Shown here in pieces: positions 11,483 to 22,317 of a stretch of DNA of 64,000 nt. The notes beneath the pieces were generated by a model. The model worked only from the letters and a program-made list of their open reading frames with translations, was not told where the DNA came from and did no database searches. This DNA is from Bdellovibrionales bacterium (GTDB lineage Bacteria > Bdellovibrionota > Bdellovibrionia > Bdellovibrionales > UBA1609), in contig CBDHDF010000011.1 of the NCBI GenBank assembly GCA_965261545.1, forward strand, positions 384,001-448,000, read 5' to 3'. Both the position numbers and the translations under genes were made by a program. How positions within the stretch are numbered: the first letter of the stretch is position 1; every line of letters starts with the position of its first letter.

Positions 11483-12352
11483 ATGTACAATTTATTAGTT
11501 ACTTCTGAACCAAATTATTGGTCCAAGTATGATCATTTTAAATTGGGCTATGACAGATTTTGTGAATATACAGAAGAAGGAATTAAATCACATTTTGAAG
11601 CCGATTTAAATAAATTAACGGAATTACCTTGTTTATTTGCTTATGAAGGACTTAATAACAATGGAAGCGTGGGACACATTCGTTCAATTGCTAAATATCA
11701 TAATAATTTAGAAATTGAATATTTTTTAGATCCAGAGCTACTAAAAATTCCAATGGATAGTGAAGAAAACCTTTCTCAACTTGGGTATGAATTGAATAGA
11801 AGCTACTTCAACGAAAACGAGAGAAGCCATTGGGCAATCAAAAATATTGATCTATTTAAAATTATTTCTAAGATTTTTTCTAGAATGTGTAAGCAAGAAT
11901 ATCTGATATTAAATGATAATGAAATGATGGATGTATGGGGGCAGTATTATAAGAGTAAAAATCTTGTTTTTTTAAGTCATAGAGCAACTTCTCAAAGAGA
12001 AGTTGCTTGGTTAGGAGATTGGTTAAATAAAAATAATATTGGAACTTTTATTGCCCACAGAGATATCCATCCTACTTCCGAGTGGAAGGATGAAATAATC
12101 AAAGCATTGAATACAATGACTTATTTTATTGGAATCGTGACCGATGATTTCCATAAAGGAAGTTGGACAGACCAAGAAATTGGATATGCTCTAAAAAGCA
12201 ATATACCTAGACTCTTTGTAAAGATAGGAAAATCAGATCCTCAAGGCTTTGTTAATTCAGAACAAGCGTTATCTACTACATGGAATGATGCGCCTCTTGA
12301 AATAATTAGCCATTTAGACAAGACGTGTAATCATTTAATGTATAGCTCATAA
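11483..12352 (+). CDS. TIR-domain protein (C-terminal TIR, uncharacterised N-terminal domain), putative defence effector
   Basis: VFLSHR..., FIAHRDI, EIIKAL, SWTDQEIGYA (catalytic Glu position present). Confidence 0.85.
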   Translation: MYNLLVTSEPNYWSKYDHFKLGYDRFCEYTEEGIKSHFEADLNKLTELPCLFAYEGLNNNGSVGHIRSIAKYHNNLEIEYFLDPELLKIPMDSEENLSQLGYELNRSYFNENERSHWAIKNIDLFKIISKIFSRMCKQEYLILNDNEMMDVWGQYYKSKNLVFLSHRATSQREVAWLGDWLNKNNIGTFIAHRDIHPTSEWKDEIIKALNTMTYFIGIVTDDFHKGSWTDQEIGYALKSNIPRLFVKIGKSDPQGFVNSEQALSTTWNDAPLEIISHLDKTCNHLMYSS

Positions 12353-12429
12353 TAAAAAAATAATGTAGGATAGCTGGATCCTTGCAGGTGGCCCCAACGA
12401 AAATAAAAACTAATGGAGTGTGTGCAGTA

Positions 12430-14190
12430 ATGGTGACTAAAAAAAAGACTAAGGCAAAAAGTCAGAAAGCAACGAACACTAAGAAAGTAAAAAAAACCAC
12501 ATCCCCAAAGGCTGAGAGAGGAACCCAGTCACTCAAAGAAATTGAGAAAAAACTTTGGAGTGCTGCAGACAAGTTGAGAAACAGCATGGATGCCGCCGAG
12601 TACAAGCATGTTGTTCTGGGTCTGATCTTTTTAAAATATGTTTCCGATAGTTTCGATGAGTTTAGAAAAAAATTAAGGTCTCAGTTTGTAGACCCCAAAC
12701 ATGACAACTACTTTGAAGGAGCCACAGAAAAAGAGGTTGAAAAAGAGCTAGAGGACAGAGACTACTACACCTCCAACAATATTTTCTGGGTACCCGTTAA
12801 GGCCCGTTGGCATGGAAATGGAGCCACTGAAACCCAAGGGATTCAAGACAGAGCCAAGCAATCAGACATTGGAAAAATCATTGATGATGCCATGGATGCT
12901 ATTGAGAAGAAAAATCCCAAACTCAAAAGAATTCTCCCCAAAGATTTTGCGAGAAGACAGCCCAATATTCGACTAAGTGAACTTGTGGACCTTATCTCCA
13001 CCATTGGCTTTAAGGACTCCGAACATCAATCCAAAGATATTTTAGGTCATGTGTATGAGTATTTTCTGGGCCAATTCGCCTCGGCAGAAGGAAAGAAGGG
13101 GGGTCAGTTCTACACGCCTAAGTCTGTTGTGAACCTCATTGTGGAATGTTTTGAGCCTTATGAGGGACGTGTTTATGATCCGGCCATGGGTTCTGGGGGA
13201 TTCTTTGTTTCCAGTGAAAAATTTATTGAGGCCCATTGTGATACAAAACATATCCATGAAGCCAAAAACAAAATTTCTCTTTATGGTCAAGAGTCCAACC
13301 CCACTACTTGGCGACTCTCGACTATGAATATGGCCATCCGTGGAATTGACTTTGACTTTGGGAAAGAACCTGCGGATACATTCAGTAAAAACCAACACCC
13401 CGACCTTAAAGCTGATTTTATTATGGCCAATCCTCCTTTTAATATTAGTGATTGGGGTGGGGCTCAACTCAAAGAAGATCGAAGGTGGAAATACGGCCTT
13501 CCCCCCGAAGGAAACGCCAACTTTGCCTGGGTTTCACACATGATCCATCACTTGTCCCCTAAAGGCTATGCAGGAATTGTTTTGGCTAATGGCTCCATGT
13601 CTTCCAATACAAATAACGAAGGTGAGATTAGAAAAAATATTCTGGAAGCCGACCTTGTGGACTGTATGATCGCCCTTCCAGGACAGTTATTTTTCAATAC
13701 TCAAATTCCAGCCTGTATCTGGATTTTGACTAAAAATAAATCGGGAAAAGGTGGAAAACGCAATCGAAAAGGGCAAACTCTTTTTCTGGATGCTCGAAAT
13801 AAAGGAGAGATGAGAAGCCGAGTGCAAAGAGCCTTCTCAGATGAGGACATCCAAAGTCTCGCTGACGTTTATCACTCTTGGAGAAATAAAGACGGAGAAC
13901 ACAAAGACATTGCAGGATTCTGCAAATCGTCCACCTTGGAAGAAATTAAATCCAATGATTATGTCCTTACCCCAGGAAGATATGTGGGGATGGCCGAAGT
14001 TGAAGGAGATGGGATTCCTTTCCATGAGAAAATGAGGACACTGACAGGCCAACTCAAAGAAGAGTTTGCTCAATCAGAAAAATTGGAAAAGGAAATTAGA
14101 AAAAACCTGTTGGGTATTGGGTTTGAAATATCGGGAATACAAGTAAAAGTCAGACGGGCTGATTTTAAAAAGGGAATAAATAATGATTGA
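12430..14190 (+). CDS. hsdM: Type I R-M methyltransferase subunit
   Basis: LWSAADKLR, GQFYTP, YDPAMGSGG, NPPF motif. Confidence 0.97.
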   Translation: MVTKKKTKAKSQKATNTKKVKKTTSPKAERGTQSLKEIEKKLWSAADKLRNSMDAAEYKHVVLGLIFLKYVSDSFDEFRKKLRSQFVDPKHDNYFEGATEKEVEKELEDRDYYTSNNIFWVPVKARWHGNGATETQGIQDRAKQSDIGKIIDDAMDAIEKKNPKLKRILPKDFARRQPNIRLSELVDLISTIGFKDSEHQSKDILGHVYEYFLGQFASAEGKKGGQFYTPKSVVNLIVECFEPYEGRVYDPAMGSGGFFVSSEKFIEAHCDTKHIHEAKNKISLYGQESNPTTWRLSTMNMAIRGIDFDFGKEPADTFSKNQHPDLKADFIMANPPFNISDWGGAQLKEDRRWKYGLPPEGNANFAWVSHMIHHLSPKGYAGIVLANGSMSSNTNNEGEIRKNILEADLVDCMIALPGQLFFNTQIPACIWILTKNKSGKGGKRNRKGQTLFLDARNKGEMRSRVQRAFSDEDIQSLADVYHSWRNKDGEHKDIAGFCKSSTLEEIKSNDYVLTPGRYVGMAEVEGDGIPFHEKMRTLTGQLKEEFAQSEKLEKEIRKNLLGIGFEISGIQVKVRRADFKKGINND

Positions 14191-14599
14191 TTACAACAAC
14201 TTTAGAAAATCTTTAAAGAACCTTGAAGTGCAAAACAAAAATTATAAAAGTATGGATTCATTATTTCCCCAATGGATTAAAGAGGGAGTTGTTGAATCCG
14301 TCATTCAACGATTTGAAGTTTGTTACGACTGTCTGTGGAAAATTCTCAAACACTATTTGGAAGAGGTCGAGGGTCGGGTGGATGTTCCCAACTCTCCCAA
14401 TGGAGTTTTTCGAGTCGCTGCTGAAGTTCAGGTTTTAGCTTCCTCTGTAGAGCAGTGGCAAAAATATAGAACAGCCCGAGTAGGAACCACACATGATTAT
14501 AGTGGGGACAAAGCTCAAAAGGCCATAGAGCTTATAGATGACTTTATAGACGATTCCATTGGACTTTATCAGACAATGACTGGAAAAGTATGGGAATAG
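14183..14599 (+). CDS. HEPN-domain protein (HI0074 / nucleotidyltransferase substrate-binding family)
   Basis: IQRFEVCY..WK; R-x4-H motif RVGTTHDY. Confidence 0.88.
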   Translation: MIDYNNFRKSLKNLEVQNKNYKSMDSLFPQWIKEGVVESVIQRFEVCYDCLWKILKHYLEEVEGRVDVPNSPNGVFRVAAEVQVLASSVEQWQKYRTARVGTTHDYSGDKAQKAIELIDDFIDDSIGLYQTMTGKVWE

Positions 14600-16347
14600 C
14601 AAAGAGTATTGACGTTTTTCCAGCACAGAGGAAAATCATATCTGATTTATTAAAAAGATATATTCCCAACACCGAGGTCTGGGCTTACGGTTCCAGAGCC
14701 AAGTGGACGGCAAAATCCTACTCTGACTTAGATATGGTGGCTTTTACCACAAAAGAGCAAGACATGGCCGTGTCTGATTTAAGGGAGGCTTTTGAGGAAA
14801 GTGACCTTCCTTTTCGAGTAGACTTCTTTGTTTGGAATGAAGTTCCTGAGAGATTTCATGAAAATATAAAGGGGGAGTACTTTGTGTTTCAGGAAAAAAA
14901 AGAATCCTCTTTTAATTATATAGAAATGCCCTTAAGTGAAGTTATCCATAAATTTATTGATTATAGGGGGAAGACTCCTCTCAAAAAAAAATTCGGTGTA
15001 CCCCTAATTACAGCAAAAATTATTAAAAATGGGCGTATCCAAAAGCCAAACGAATTTATTAGTAAAGGCTCATATGACAATTGGATGACGAGAGGGTTCC
15101 CTGAAATTGGAGATGTGGTATTAACAACAGAAGCTCCTTTAGGTGAGGTTGCTCAAATTCATGACAATTTAATGGCACTTGCTCAGAGAATAATAACTTT
15201 AAGAGGGAAAAAAGATAAATTAGACAATACTTATTTAAGATATGTTCTCCAGTCAAAAGGTGTGCAAAGTAACTTATACTCTAGAGCTACAGGAACAACA
15301 GTTTTAGGAATCAAAAGTTCACAACTTAAAAAGGTTGAAATTCCAATTCCTGAAGTTCATTTTCAAAAAAAGATTGGGTGGTTTCTGTCTGTGCTGGATA
15401 AGAAGATTGATGTGAACTTTCAAATAAGTCAGAACCTTGAGTCTTTAGCCCAAACCATCTTCAAATCATGGTTTGTTGACTTTGATCCTGTCCATGCCAA
15501 AAAGAAAGCCTTGGAAAAAGGTCTTTCCAAAGATCAAGCCGAGCGTGCGGCCATAGCCGTTGTCTCAGGAGTTTGTAGCCCCTCAGACTTTACTGAGAAC
15601 TTCAATGAAATGAACCAGCGTCTCACCCAAAAGCTCTCAAAGATGAGTAAAAAAGATCAAGAGGAAGTGGCTCACATAGCCTCCCTGTTTCCCAGTGAGT
15701 TTCAGGATAGTAAACTTGGAGAGATTCCGCGGGGGTGGTCTTACTCTCCTTTCTCAGCAATTTCAACCTTAAATACACAAAGTATTCAGCCATATAAAAT
15801 TCCACAAAATAAATTTTATCACTATAGTATACCTGCTTATGATACTGATTCTATGCCAAGTATAGAGTTTGGCAATGATATTAAAAGCAGCAAGTATTTG
15901 ATGCAGAAAGACTCTGTTCTTGTATCAAAACTGAATCCTAGAATAAAAAGAGTTTGGTATCATCAGTTATCAGAGGAGGGTTGTTCTATTTGTTCTACTG
16001 AGTTTATGCAATTTTCCCATCAAAACAAAAAAAATCGAGCATTCCTATGGGGAATTATCACAAGTAAATTTTTTCAAGAAAAAATTATGAAAACAGTTAC
16101 AGGAACAACCGGAAGCAGGCAAATGGCACAACCGAAGCAAGTCGCTGAGGCGAAGGTAATTTTACCTGTGTATGATTTACAAAAACAGTATTCAAAAATT
16201 TCTTCCTCTATGTTAGGAAAAATAAATACCAGTCTCTTAGAAAACCAAACACTATCGCAGTTAAGAGACACCCTCCTCCCAAAACTCCTTGCAGGCGAGA
16301 TAGATCTATCAAATATCAAACTCGATGAAGCGGTGAGGTCCTCATGA
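14590..16347 (+). CDS. hsdS: Minimal nucleotidyltransferase (MNT) fused to type I R-M specificity subunit
   Basis: N-terminal YGSRAKWTAKSYSDLD (GS-x10-DxD) and LPFRVD; then two TRDs, IFKSWFVDFDP, LGEIPRGW, LRDTLLPKLLAGEI. Confidence 0.92.
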   Translation: MGIAKSIDVFPAQRKIISDLLKRYIPNTEVWAYGSRAKWTAKSYSDLDMVAFTTKEQDMAVSDLREAFEESDLPFRVDFFVWNEVPERFHENIKGEYFVFQEKKESSFNYIEMPLSEVIHKFIDYRGKTPLKKKFGVPLITAKIIKNGRIQKPNEFISKGSYDNWMTRGFPEIGDVVLTTEAPLGEVAQIHDNLMALAQRIITLRGKKDKLDNTYLRYVLQSKGVQSNLYSRATGTTVLGIKSSQLKKVEIPIPEVHFQKKIGWFLSVLDKKIDVNFQISQNLESLAQTIFKSWFVDFDPVHAKKKALEKGLSKDQAERAAIAVVSGVCSPSDFTENFNEMNQRLTQKLSKMSKKDQEEVAHIASLFPSEFQDSKLGEIPRGWSYSPFSAISTLNTQSIQPYKIPQNKFYHYSIPAYDTDSMPSIEFGNDIKSSKYLMQKDSVLVSKLNPRIKRVWYHQLSEEGCSICSTEFMQFSHQNKKNRAFLWGIITSKFFQEKIMKTVTGTTGSRQMAQPKQVAEAKVILPVYDLQKQYSKISSSMLGKINTSLLENQTLSQLRDTLLPKLLAGEIDLSNIKLDEAVRSS

Positions 16348-17366
16348 CCAACGAGCAAAGCCTTACTACACAGAAAAATTTTCTCCTCTACACTGCCCCT
16401 GACGGAGAGGTACGCCTTGAGGTTTTTTTACAGGACGAAGACCTGTGGCTCACTCAGAAGATGATGGCAGAGCTTTTTGATGCAGAAGTGCAAACCATCA
16501 ATTATCACTTAAAAGAAATCTTTAAGTCATTGGAATTAAGGGAAAATTCAGTTATTCGAAAAATTCGAATAACTGCCAAGGATGGAAAAAAGTACCTAAC
16601 AAACTTTTACAACCTCGACACTATCATTGCGGTGGGCTATAGAGTTAACTCCAAGCGAGCCACACAGTTTCGCATATGGGCCACAAAGACCCTCCGAGAG
16701 TATATCATCAAGGGCTTTGTTGTGGATAACCAGCGACTCAAACAGGGCTCCGAAGTCTTTGGTAAAGACTATTTCCGTGAACTCCTCGAAACCGTCCGCT
16801 CTATTCGTGCCAGTGAGCGAAGAGTCTATTTGCAGATCACTGATATTTTTTCTGAATGTAGTATCGACTACAACCCTCAGTCGGAAACAACGAAGAATTT
16901 CTATGCTACAATACAGAACAAGTTCCACTTTGCTATTACGGGAAAAACAGCTGCTGAAATTATTCATGGTAAAGCAAATCGAAAAAAGCCTCACATGGGG
17001 CTATCCACGTGGAAAAATGCTTCTCAAGGAAGGATACTTTCCAGTGATGTAACTGTAGCTAAAAACTACCTGCAAGAAAAAGAAATCAAAAAGCTAGAGA
17101 GAACTGTATCTGGATTTTTTGACTATATTGAGAACCTCATAGAGAATCAACAATCTTTCACTATGAAAGAGTTTATCCAGAGCGTAAACGAGTTCTTAAA
17201 ATTTAACAAATATAAAATTTTAGATGGCAAAGGAAAAATTTCAAAACATAAGGCAGATGAAAAGGCCCTAGGTGAATACGAGGAGTTTAATAAAATCCAA
17301 AAAATTGATTCTGACTTTGAAAAAGAAATGAGAAAATCCTTAAAGGACAGAAACAACAATGACTGA
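16344..17366 (+). CDS. rhuM: RhuM-family protein
   Basis: WLTQKMMAELF, YNLDTIIAVGYRVNSKRATQFRIWAT, IRASER, QNKFHFAITGKTAAE. Confidence 0.93.
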   Translation: MTNEQSLTTQKNFLLYTAPDGEVRLEVFLQDEDLWLTQKMMAELFDAEVQTINYHLKEIFKSLELRENSVIRKIRITAKDGKKYLTNFYNLDTIIAVGYRVNSKRATQFRIWATKTLREYIIKGFVVDNQRLKQGSEVFGKDYFRELLETVRSIRASERRVYLQITDIFSECSIDYNPQSETTKNFYATIQNKFHFAITGKTAAEIIHGKANRKKPHMGLSTWKNASQGRILSSDVTVAKNYLQEKEIKKLERTVSGFFDYIENLIENQQSFTMKEFIQSVNEFLKFNKYKILDGKGKISKHKADEKALGEYEEFNKIQKIDSDFEKEMRKSLKDRNNND

Positions 17367-17763
17367 AGATGATCTGGAGCAAATAGGCATAGACTGGTTT
17401 AAGGAACTCGGTTGGGACTATGAGTGCGGTTATGATATTGCTCCTGACTCAGATAACCCCAAACGGACAAGTTATAAAGAGGTTCTCATTTTAGAAAAAC
17501 TTAAAGAGGCCCTCGAAAAAATCAACCCCCATATCCCCCAAAATAAGATTGATGAGTTTGTAACAAGGCTTTCTCGTCCGGAATCCCCTATTCTGGAAGT
17601 CAACAACCGACAGTTTCATAGGTTTATCAACGATGGAGTACCTGTGGATCTGAGGGTGGATGATCGCATCAAAGGAGATTTTGTTAAAATCATTGATTTT
17701 GAAAACATGAAAAACAACAACTTTCTTGTGGTTAACTTATTTCTTGCGCAAAAATTCATCTAA
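17359..17763 (+). pseudogene. hsdR: Type I R-M endonuclease HsdR, N-terminal fragment only
   Basis: MTEDDLEQ...LGWDY...IIDFEN..NNFLVVN matches the HsdR N-terminus; breaks off at ~17735 into unrelated sequence. Confidence 0.88.
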
Positions 17764-18031
17764 ATGCCACAGACTTACTTGTGGTAAGTTGTTATAAGGC
17801 TTAAATGACCTAGCGGACCTCAAAATACGGGACTGTAAAAATAATTGTGTAACTGCAATTTTTTTCTTAAATCTTAAAGCCACTTATGTGGCTCCACTCC
17901 TGGTAAAAAGCACAGCCCCATATTATTCGTCAATGTATAATTGCATTTTTTCCTTCAAGCGATTTTGTCAGTCACAATGCATTATAATTTAATGGGGAGA
18001 TGGAGCCGTAATGGGATCATATCAGAACTGG

Positions 18032-19108
18032 TGTTAGGCGCCAATTAAAATTGGCCATTTTTAGAAGCCGTCGCCAATGAAAAACGGCCAGTTGATAATG
18101 TACTGATTTAGTTATTCTTCGTTCAGAGTTTAGTCAAGTGTCTTTATTTTGCTCATCATTTAACTCGGACTATGCCACAAGATTCTGAGGAATGATTTTC
18201 TGCCCACCACTTTTGGCATGACCCCAAATGCATCCTTCAGCCCTATGGCAGAGGTAAATGGAGTATTTTTCAGGATTCCTTGGCGCAGCTAATGTCTAAA
18301 GCTCCGCGAGAGTGACGAGCAAATAGTACGGTAAAAGCCAGTTATCCATAAATTTATCCATGGCGACACTGCGGCTGTGACCCCGATGTCTAGCAACGCA
18401 GTGCTGCTGTGGATAAATTTTGTGGATAACTGGCGAGTTCCTTCCCCAAAAGTGGGGATCTCTAATGAACTTCTTTGGTTGAACTTTCCTCTTTGCTCTG
18501 TTTAGACTTGGCTTTTGCCGATTCGGTTCTCCAACTTTCTTTTCCTTCAATGTTGAGGGTTTCACAGTTGTGAATGATTCGATCAACAGCAGCAGCGGTG
18601 GTAATAGGGTTAAGAAACACCTTATCCCATTCAGAGTAAGTTAAGTTTGTAGTGATCATGAGACTTTTCCTTTCATATCGCTGAGATATGAATTGAAAGA
18701 AAAGATCTGCCCCCTCTGTGCAGGAAGCTGTATAGCCAAGTTCATCACAAGCAATAAGATCAAAACGGTCTAATTTCTTAAAAAGAGCATTCAATGAGAG
18801 TTCTTTCTTGCTTTCACGCATTGTTTCAATAAGTTCATGAGTGGTGACCCATAAACATCGATAGCCTTGTTCACAGAGTGAACGAACTAGGGACATGGCC
18901 AAATGACTTTTCCCCATTCCAAAGCTTCCGTAAAACACAACATTACAGGCTTTTCTGACCCACTCTCCCTCTGCCATCCAATTAATTTGCTGAGCTGTCA
19001 CTCCCGTTCTTTTCTGGAAGTTATAAGTTTGGAGTGATTTAAGTTGAGGAAGCTTGGCCCCCTTAAGCAATCTTTTCACTCTCTGGGAATGCTTGTCAGC
19101 AAGCTCAT
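18032..19108 (-). mobile_element. IS21-B right half (3' part of istB + right end)
   Basis: Reverse complement of ~28429-29505; terminal tgttaggcgccaattaaaa at 18032. Confidence 0.9.
18462..19108 (-). pseudogene. istB: istB lacking its N-terminus
   Basis: GSFGMGKS, LIACDELG; identical to the distal part of 28293-29075. Confidence 0.88.
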
Positions 19109-19633
19109 TGTGATCCAATACTTTATTTTGACGGACTTTTCATGGGTTCCTTTGACCTCGAAGCAATTTTTATGATTTTATCCTGACTGAGTTTAAGTTG
19201 TTGAGAGTGATATTTTGATTAGCAAGGTGTGTCGAGGTGAAGTGAGTGAGAAAAGGATGACTGATTCTCTCTGTTTGGTTTGCTCTCCCGCCTGGTGGTC
19301 AAGAAATTAAGAGCACTTGAGATTTCCAAGTTCTCTTGGGAGGATAATTTCGCTGTATCTGATTTGATGGATTATTTTTGGAAGCCTAGTTCCTGGCATT
19401 TAAAGCAGGAGATCCTCCCACAGGTGGTGGCTACTTGCTTGAATCGACGCAACATCCTGTTGCGGATCTTTCAGTCTCGGGCTCCTGCCCTCGCCCCTCA
19501 GCCCCAGGGGGCTTTCGGGTACGACTGAAAGATTCTTAGTCTCGATTCCACATTGAGAGGAGATTGAGAGGAGCGTCCTATCCAGTGGGACTTTATTTGG
19601 CCCCTCAGGGAGAATAACTACCGACCATGTAGT

Positions 19634-20437
19634 TTAAATAAGTTCTGTGGCGGCTTGGCGAACATGTTCTTCTGTAATTTGTTCTTCAGAAGCTTTCATA
19701 CATGCAATCAATGAACCTCTGGCAATCAAATTGGCTTTTCTTAGCAAGCCTCCAGAGCCCTGCCAAATGGCTGTGACAGCATTATCTGTCATGAGTTTAT
19801 TCTTGATTCCAGAGATTTTAAGGTGATGATCTAGATAATTTCTCATATTTTCTTCATTAAGAGCTGGTAGGTGAGCGTGGGTCATCACACGAGAAGCCAA
19901 GGGCAGAGAAGTTCTATACTTCAATTTATCAAGAAGGTTATTCTGTCCCACCAAAATAAGTGAGAATCTTTTTTCAGAATCAAAGTTGAATTGGTTAATC
20001 GTATGCAATTCAGCAAAGACATCGACTCTCAATAAGGATGCCTCATCAATGATAACCACAATTTTATTTCTTTGTTGTTCTAATATTTCTGAGATGGCTT
20101 CTTTGAATTCCTTAAGAAGGAAGGACCTATGGTTTCCTCTTAAATTTAAATTTATACTCCAACACAATTGTCTATATAGCTCACAGGTTGAGCCACTGTT
20201 CGCCGTCACATAACAGCTGTTAATTTCAGATTTGTGGAATTGATCTAAACTCCATCTCATGGCGGTGGATTTTCCGGTGCCAACATCGCCGGTGACGACC
20301 ATAATTCCACCAATGGAAAGAACATAATCCAATCTCTCTTTCACTGCCATTGTTCCAGGTAAAGACATAAGGTCTTTGGATTTAAGATTGTCATTAAAAG
20401 GAGAGAACTTCATTCCAAAATATTCAATGTATTTCAT
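19634..20437 (-). CDS. ExeA-family AAA ATPase (transposition helper)
   Basis: YFGMKFSPF, GDVGTGKS, IIDEA, LILVGQ. Confidence 0.9.
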   Translation of the reverse strand: MKYIEYFGMKFSPFNDNLKSKDLMSLPGTMAVKERLDYVLSIGGIMVVTGDVGTGKSTAMRWSLDQFHKSEINSCYVTANSGSTCELYRQLCWSINLNLRGNHRSFLLKEFKEAISEILEQQRNKIVVIIDEASLLRVDVFAELHTINQFNFDSEKRFSLILVGQNNLLDKLKYRTSLPLASRVMTHAHLPALNEENMRNYLDHHLKISGIKNKLMTDNAVTAIWQGSGGLLRKANLIARGSLIACMKASEEQITEEHVRQAATELI

Positions 20438-21732
20438 TTCTTACCTCCTGTTTTATCTCCTGAAAATAATTCTCCTGATTTTGGTTTTGTCTCTTTCGTG
20501 GCAGAAGTCACCTTTCCATTGCGACCCAAGTAAAAATTCACATGCCGATCCAATAAATTGGCCTGACCAAAGCTTCTTCCATCAAAGAAAATTTCAACAT
20601 CTTCGGGAGTCTCTCTGTGGAACTTGAGTTCCACTCTTCTATCGATCAGGTCTACGGGAGCTTCATATATGGTTCCATTCAAATGAAAAGTTCGATCCTT
20701 TTTAACTCGTCGAAATTGAATAAATCGAAAATAGTCCAATAGATTGGGGGGAGCGGGACGAACACACTTCATATTTTTACGGAATTTCGCCAATGGAGTT
20801 TCGCCAGTGGTTCCATGAACTTTGTGGTGATAACTCTCCACCCAGTCAGAAAATACCTCATTCAGTTCTTCAAGGCTCAAGGTTTTTTCATCGCAGCGAG
20901 GAAAGAAGTTTTCCCGTACATATCGAAACCAACGCTCCACTTTCCCCCGACCCTGAGGAGTATAAGGAGGAGTGTGAATAATCTGAATACCCAAGGAAGC
21001 TGTGACCTGTTCCAAGTTTATAGCCTTAAAACAAGCCCCATTATCGATATAAAGCTTTTGAGGAAGCCCCCTCTTCTCAACAGCTTTCTTAAGACAATCC
21101 TTCATATTCTCAAGCCTTTCGGACTCATAAAACTCCCCGTGGGGAATGATGCGAGAATTGTCATCCAATATGGCAATGAGGTAGGATTTTACTTTCTTTC
21201 TCTTTTTGCCAACCACAATGGGGCCATGAAGAACATCTGACTGCCACATTTCATTGGGAGACGAAGCTTCAAAGGACCTACGATCTGTGGACTCTTTTTG
21301 TTGCAATTTGTGATGCTTTAAAAATCTATAAAGCACACTCATATTGATCTCTTCATTGGTACCAATAGAGCCGCGCTGACGTAGAGCATTGACAAGGGCT
21401 ATGCCTGTAAAATGTCCCTTTGCCTTCATGATCTCTTTAATGACCACTTGGAGAGATTCATCAAGACTTCTAAATTGACCTTGATCCTTGCGATCCGATG
21501 GCATAAGCCCCTCTAATCTATTGCCCGATCCCTTGTAGTCTGCAATCCATTTTTTTATGGTGGAACGACTCACACGAGTCGATGATGAGTAGGGAACACG
21601 ATAGCTCTTGGAAGATTTTTCCGTAAGCAATCTCTCTTTTTCTCCATATTCAAGGCGCAACCCTGTAACAAATTCAGAAATCACTCCGAATCTAAAGGTG
21701 GCAACCTCCATTTTCTTGTCCTTATCAGCCAT
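20434..21732 (-). CDS. DDE integrase/transposase (rve core, Mu-transposase-like C-terminus)
   Basis: WQSDVLHG, LDDNSR, LYIDNG, PQGRGKVERWF, RRVKKDRTFHLNG. Confidence 0.92.
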   Translation of the reverse strand: MADKDKKMEVATFRFGVISEFVTGLRLEYGEKERLLTEKSSKSYRVPYSSSTRVSRSTIKKWIADYKGSGNRLEGLMPSDRKDQGQFRSLDESLQVVIKEIMKAKGHFTGIALVNALRQRGSIGTNEEINMSVLYRFLKHHKLQQKESTDRRSFEASSPNEMWQSDVLHGPIVVGKKRKKVKSYLIAILDDNSRIIPHGEFYESERLENMKDCLKKAVEKRGLPQKLYIDNGACFKAINLEQVTASLGIQIIHTPPYTPQGRGKVERWFRYVRENFFPRCDEKTLSLEELNEVFSDWVESYHHKVHGTTGETPLAKFRKNMKCVRPAPPNLLDYFRFIQFRRVKKDRTFHLNGTIYEAPVDLIDRRVELKFHRETPEDVEIFFDGRSFGQANLLDRHVNFYLGRNGKVTSATKETKPKSGELFSGDKTGGKK

Positions 21733-21867
21733 TTTGACCTCTCTTTCTTTGATTTAATTTCCGTTATTGGAAATCTTTCTTGAAATAAGAGATACACAAC
21801 TTCCTGACTCTTTGTTAATGACAAGAAACGGTAGGTTGAAAATAAATGGGAGCACTGGCAAACTTCG

Positions 21868-22317
21868 TTAACCAAAAATGTCCAGGTTTTTCTCTTGATA
21901 AAAGGCCACTGTGCTAAGTGGATCTTTTTCTTTCATCAGATTATAAGCCTTAGCGTGATTAAGAAGTTTTTTCAGCCAGTGCCCCGCTCTTTGCCTCGTT
22001 GTCCAAAGGGGCCATGCCTTGGGAATCTTGGGGTTCAGACGATGTCGTAATGCTTCGAAAATACGAGACTTTGTCTCTTGAAAACGACGCCAGAACGACT
22101 TGGGTCTTGTCGTTATAACACTGTGGCAGTGAGGACACCGCCAGCGCTTGAGGTAGACCGCTTCAGAGCATGCAAAAAAGTATCTCTTCACATAGCCATG
22201 GCCCCAGAGCTTCTCACTGTTACAGCCGGGATTTTGGCACTTACATGGCCTCTTCCAATTGTAATTCTTACCTTCTTTTACAAGGTCATCCGTTGATACA
22301 AAAGTAGCTAAAATCAT
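21868..22317 (-). CDS. DUF6431-like zinc-finger protein of the transposon
   Basis: Cys pairs, LWGHGYVKR, RWRCPHC. Confidence 0.7.
   Translation of the reverse strand: MILATFVSTDDLVKEGKNYNWKRPCKCQNPGCNSEKLWGHGYVKRYFFACSEAVYLKRWRCPHCHSVITTRPKSFWRRFQETKSRIFEALRHRLNPKIPKAWPLWTTRQRAGHWLKKLLNHAKAYNLMKEKDPLSTVAFYQEKNLDIFG

Noticed and set aside
19634..20437. Type II secretion ExeA
   Set aside because: It is coupled to a DDE transposase inside TG...CA ends and no other T2SS genes are present
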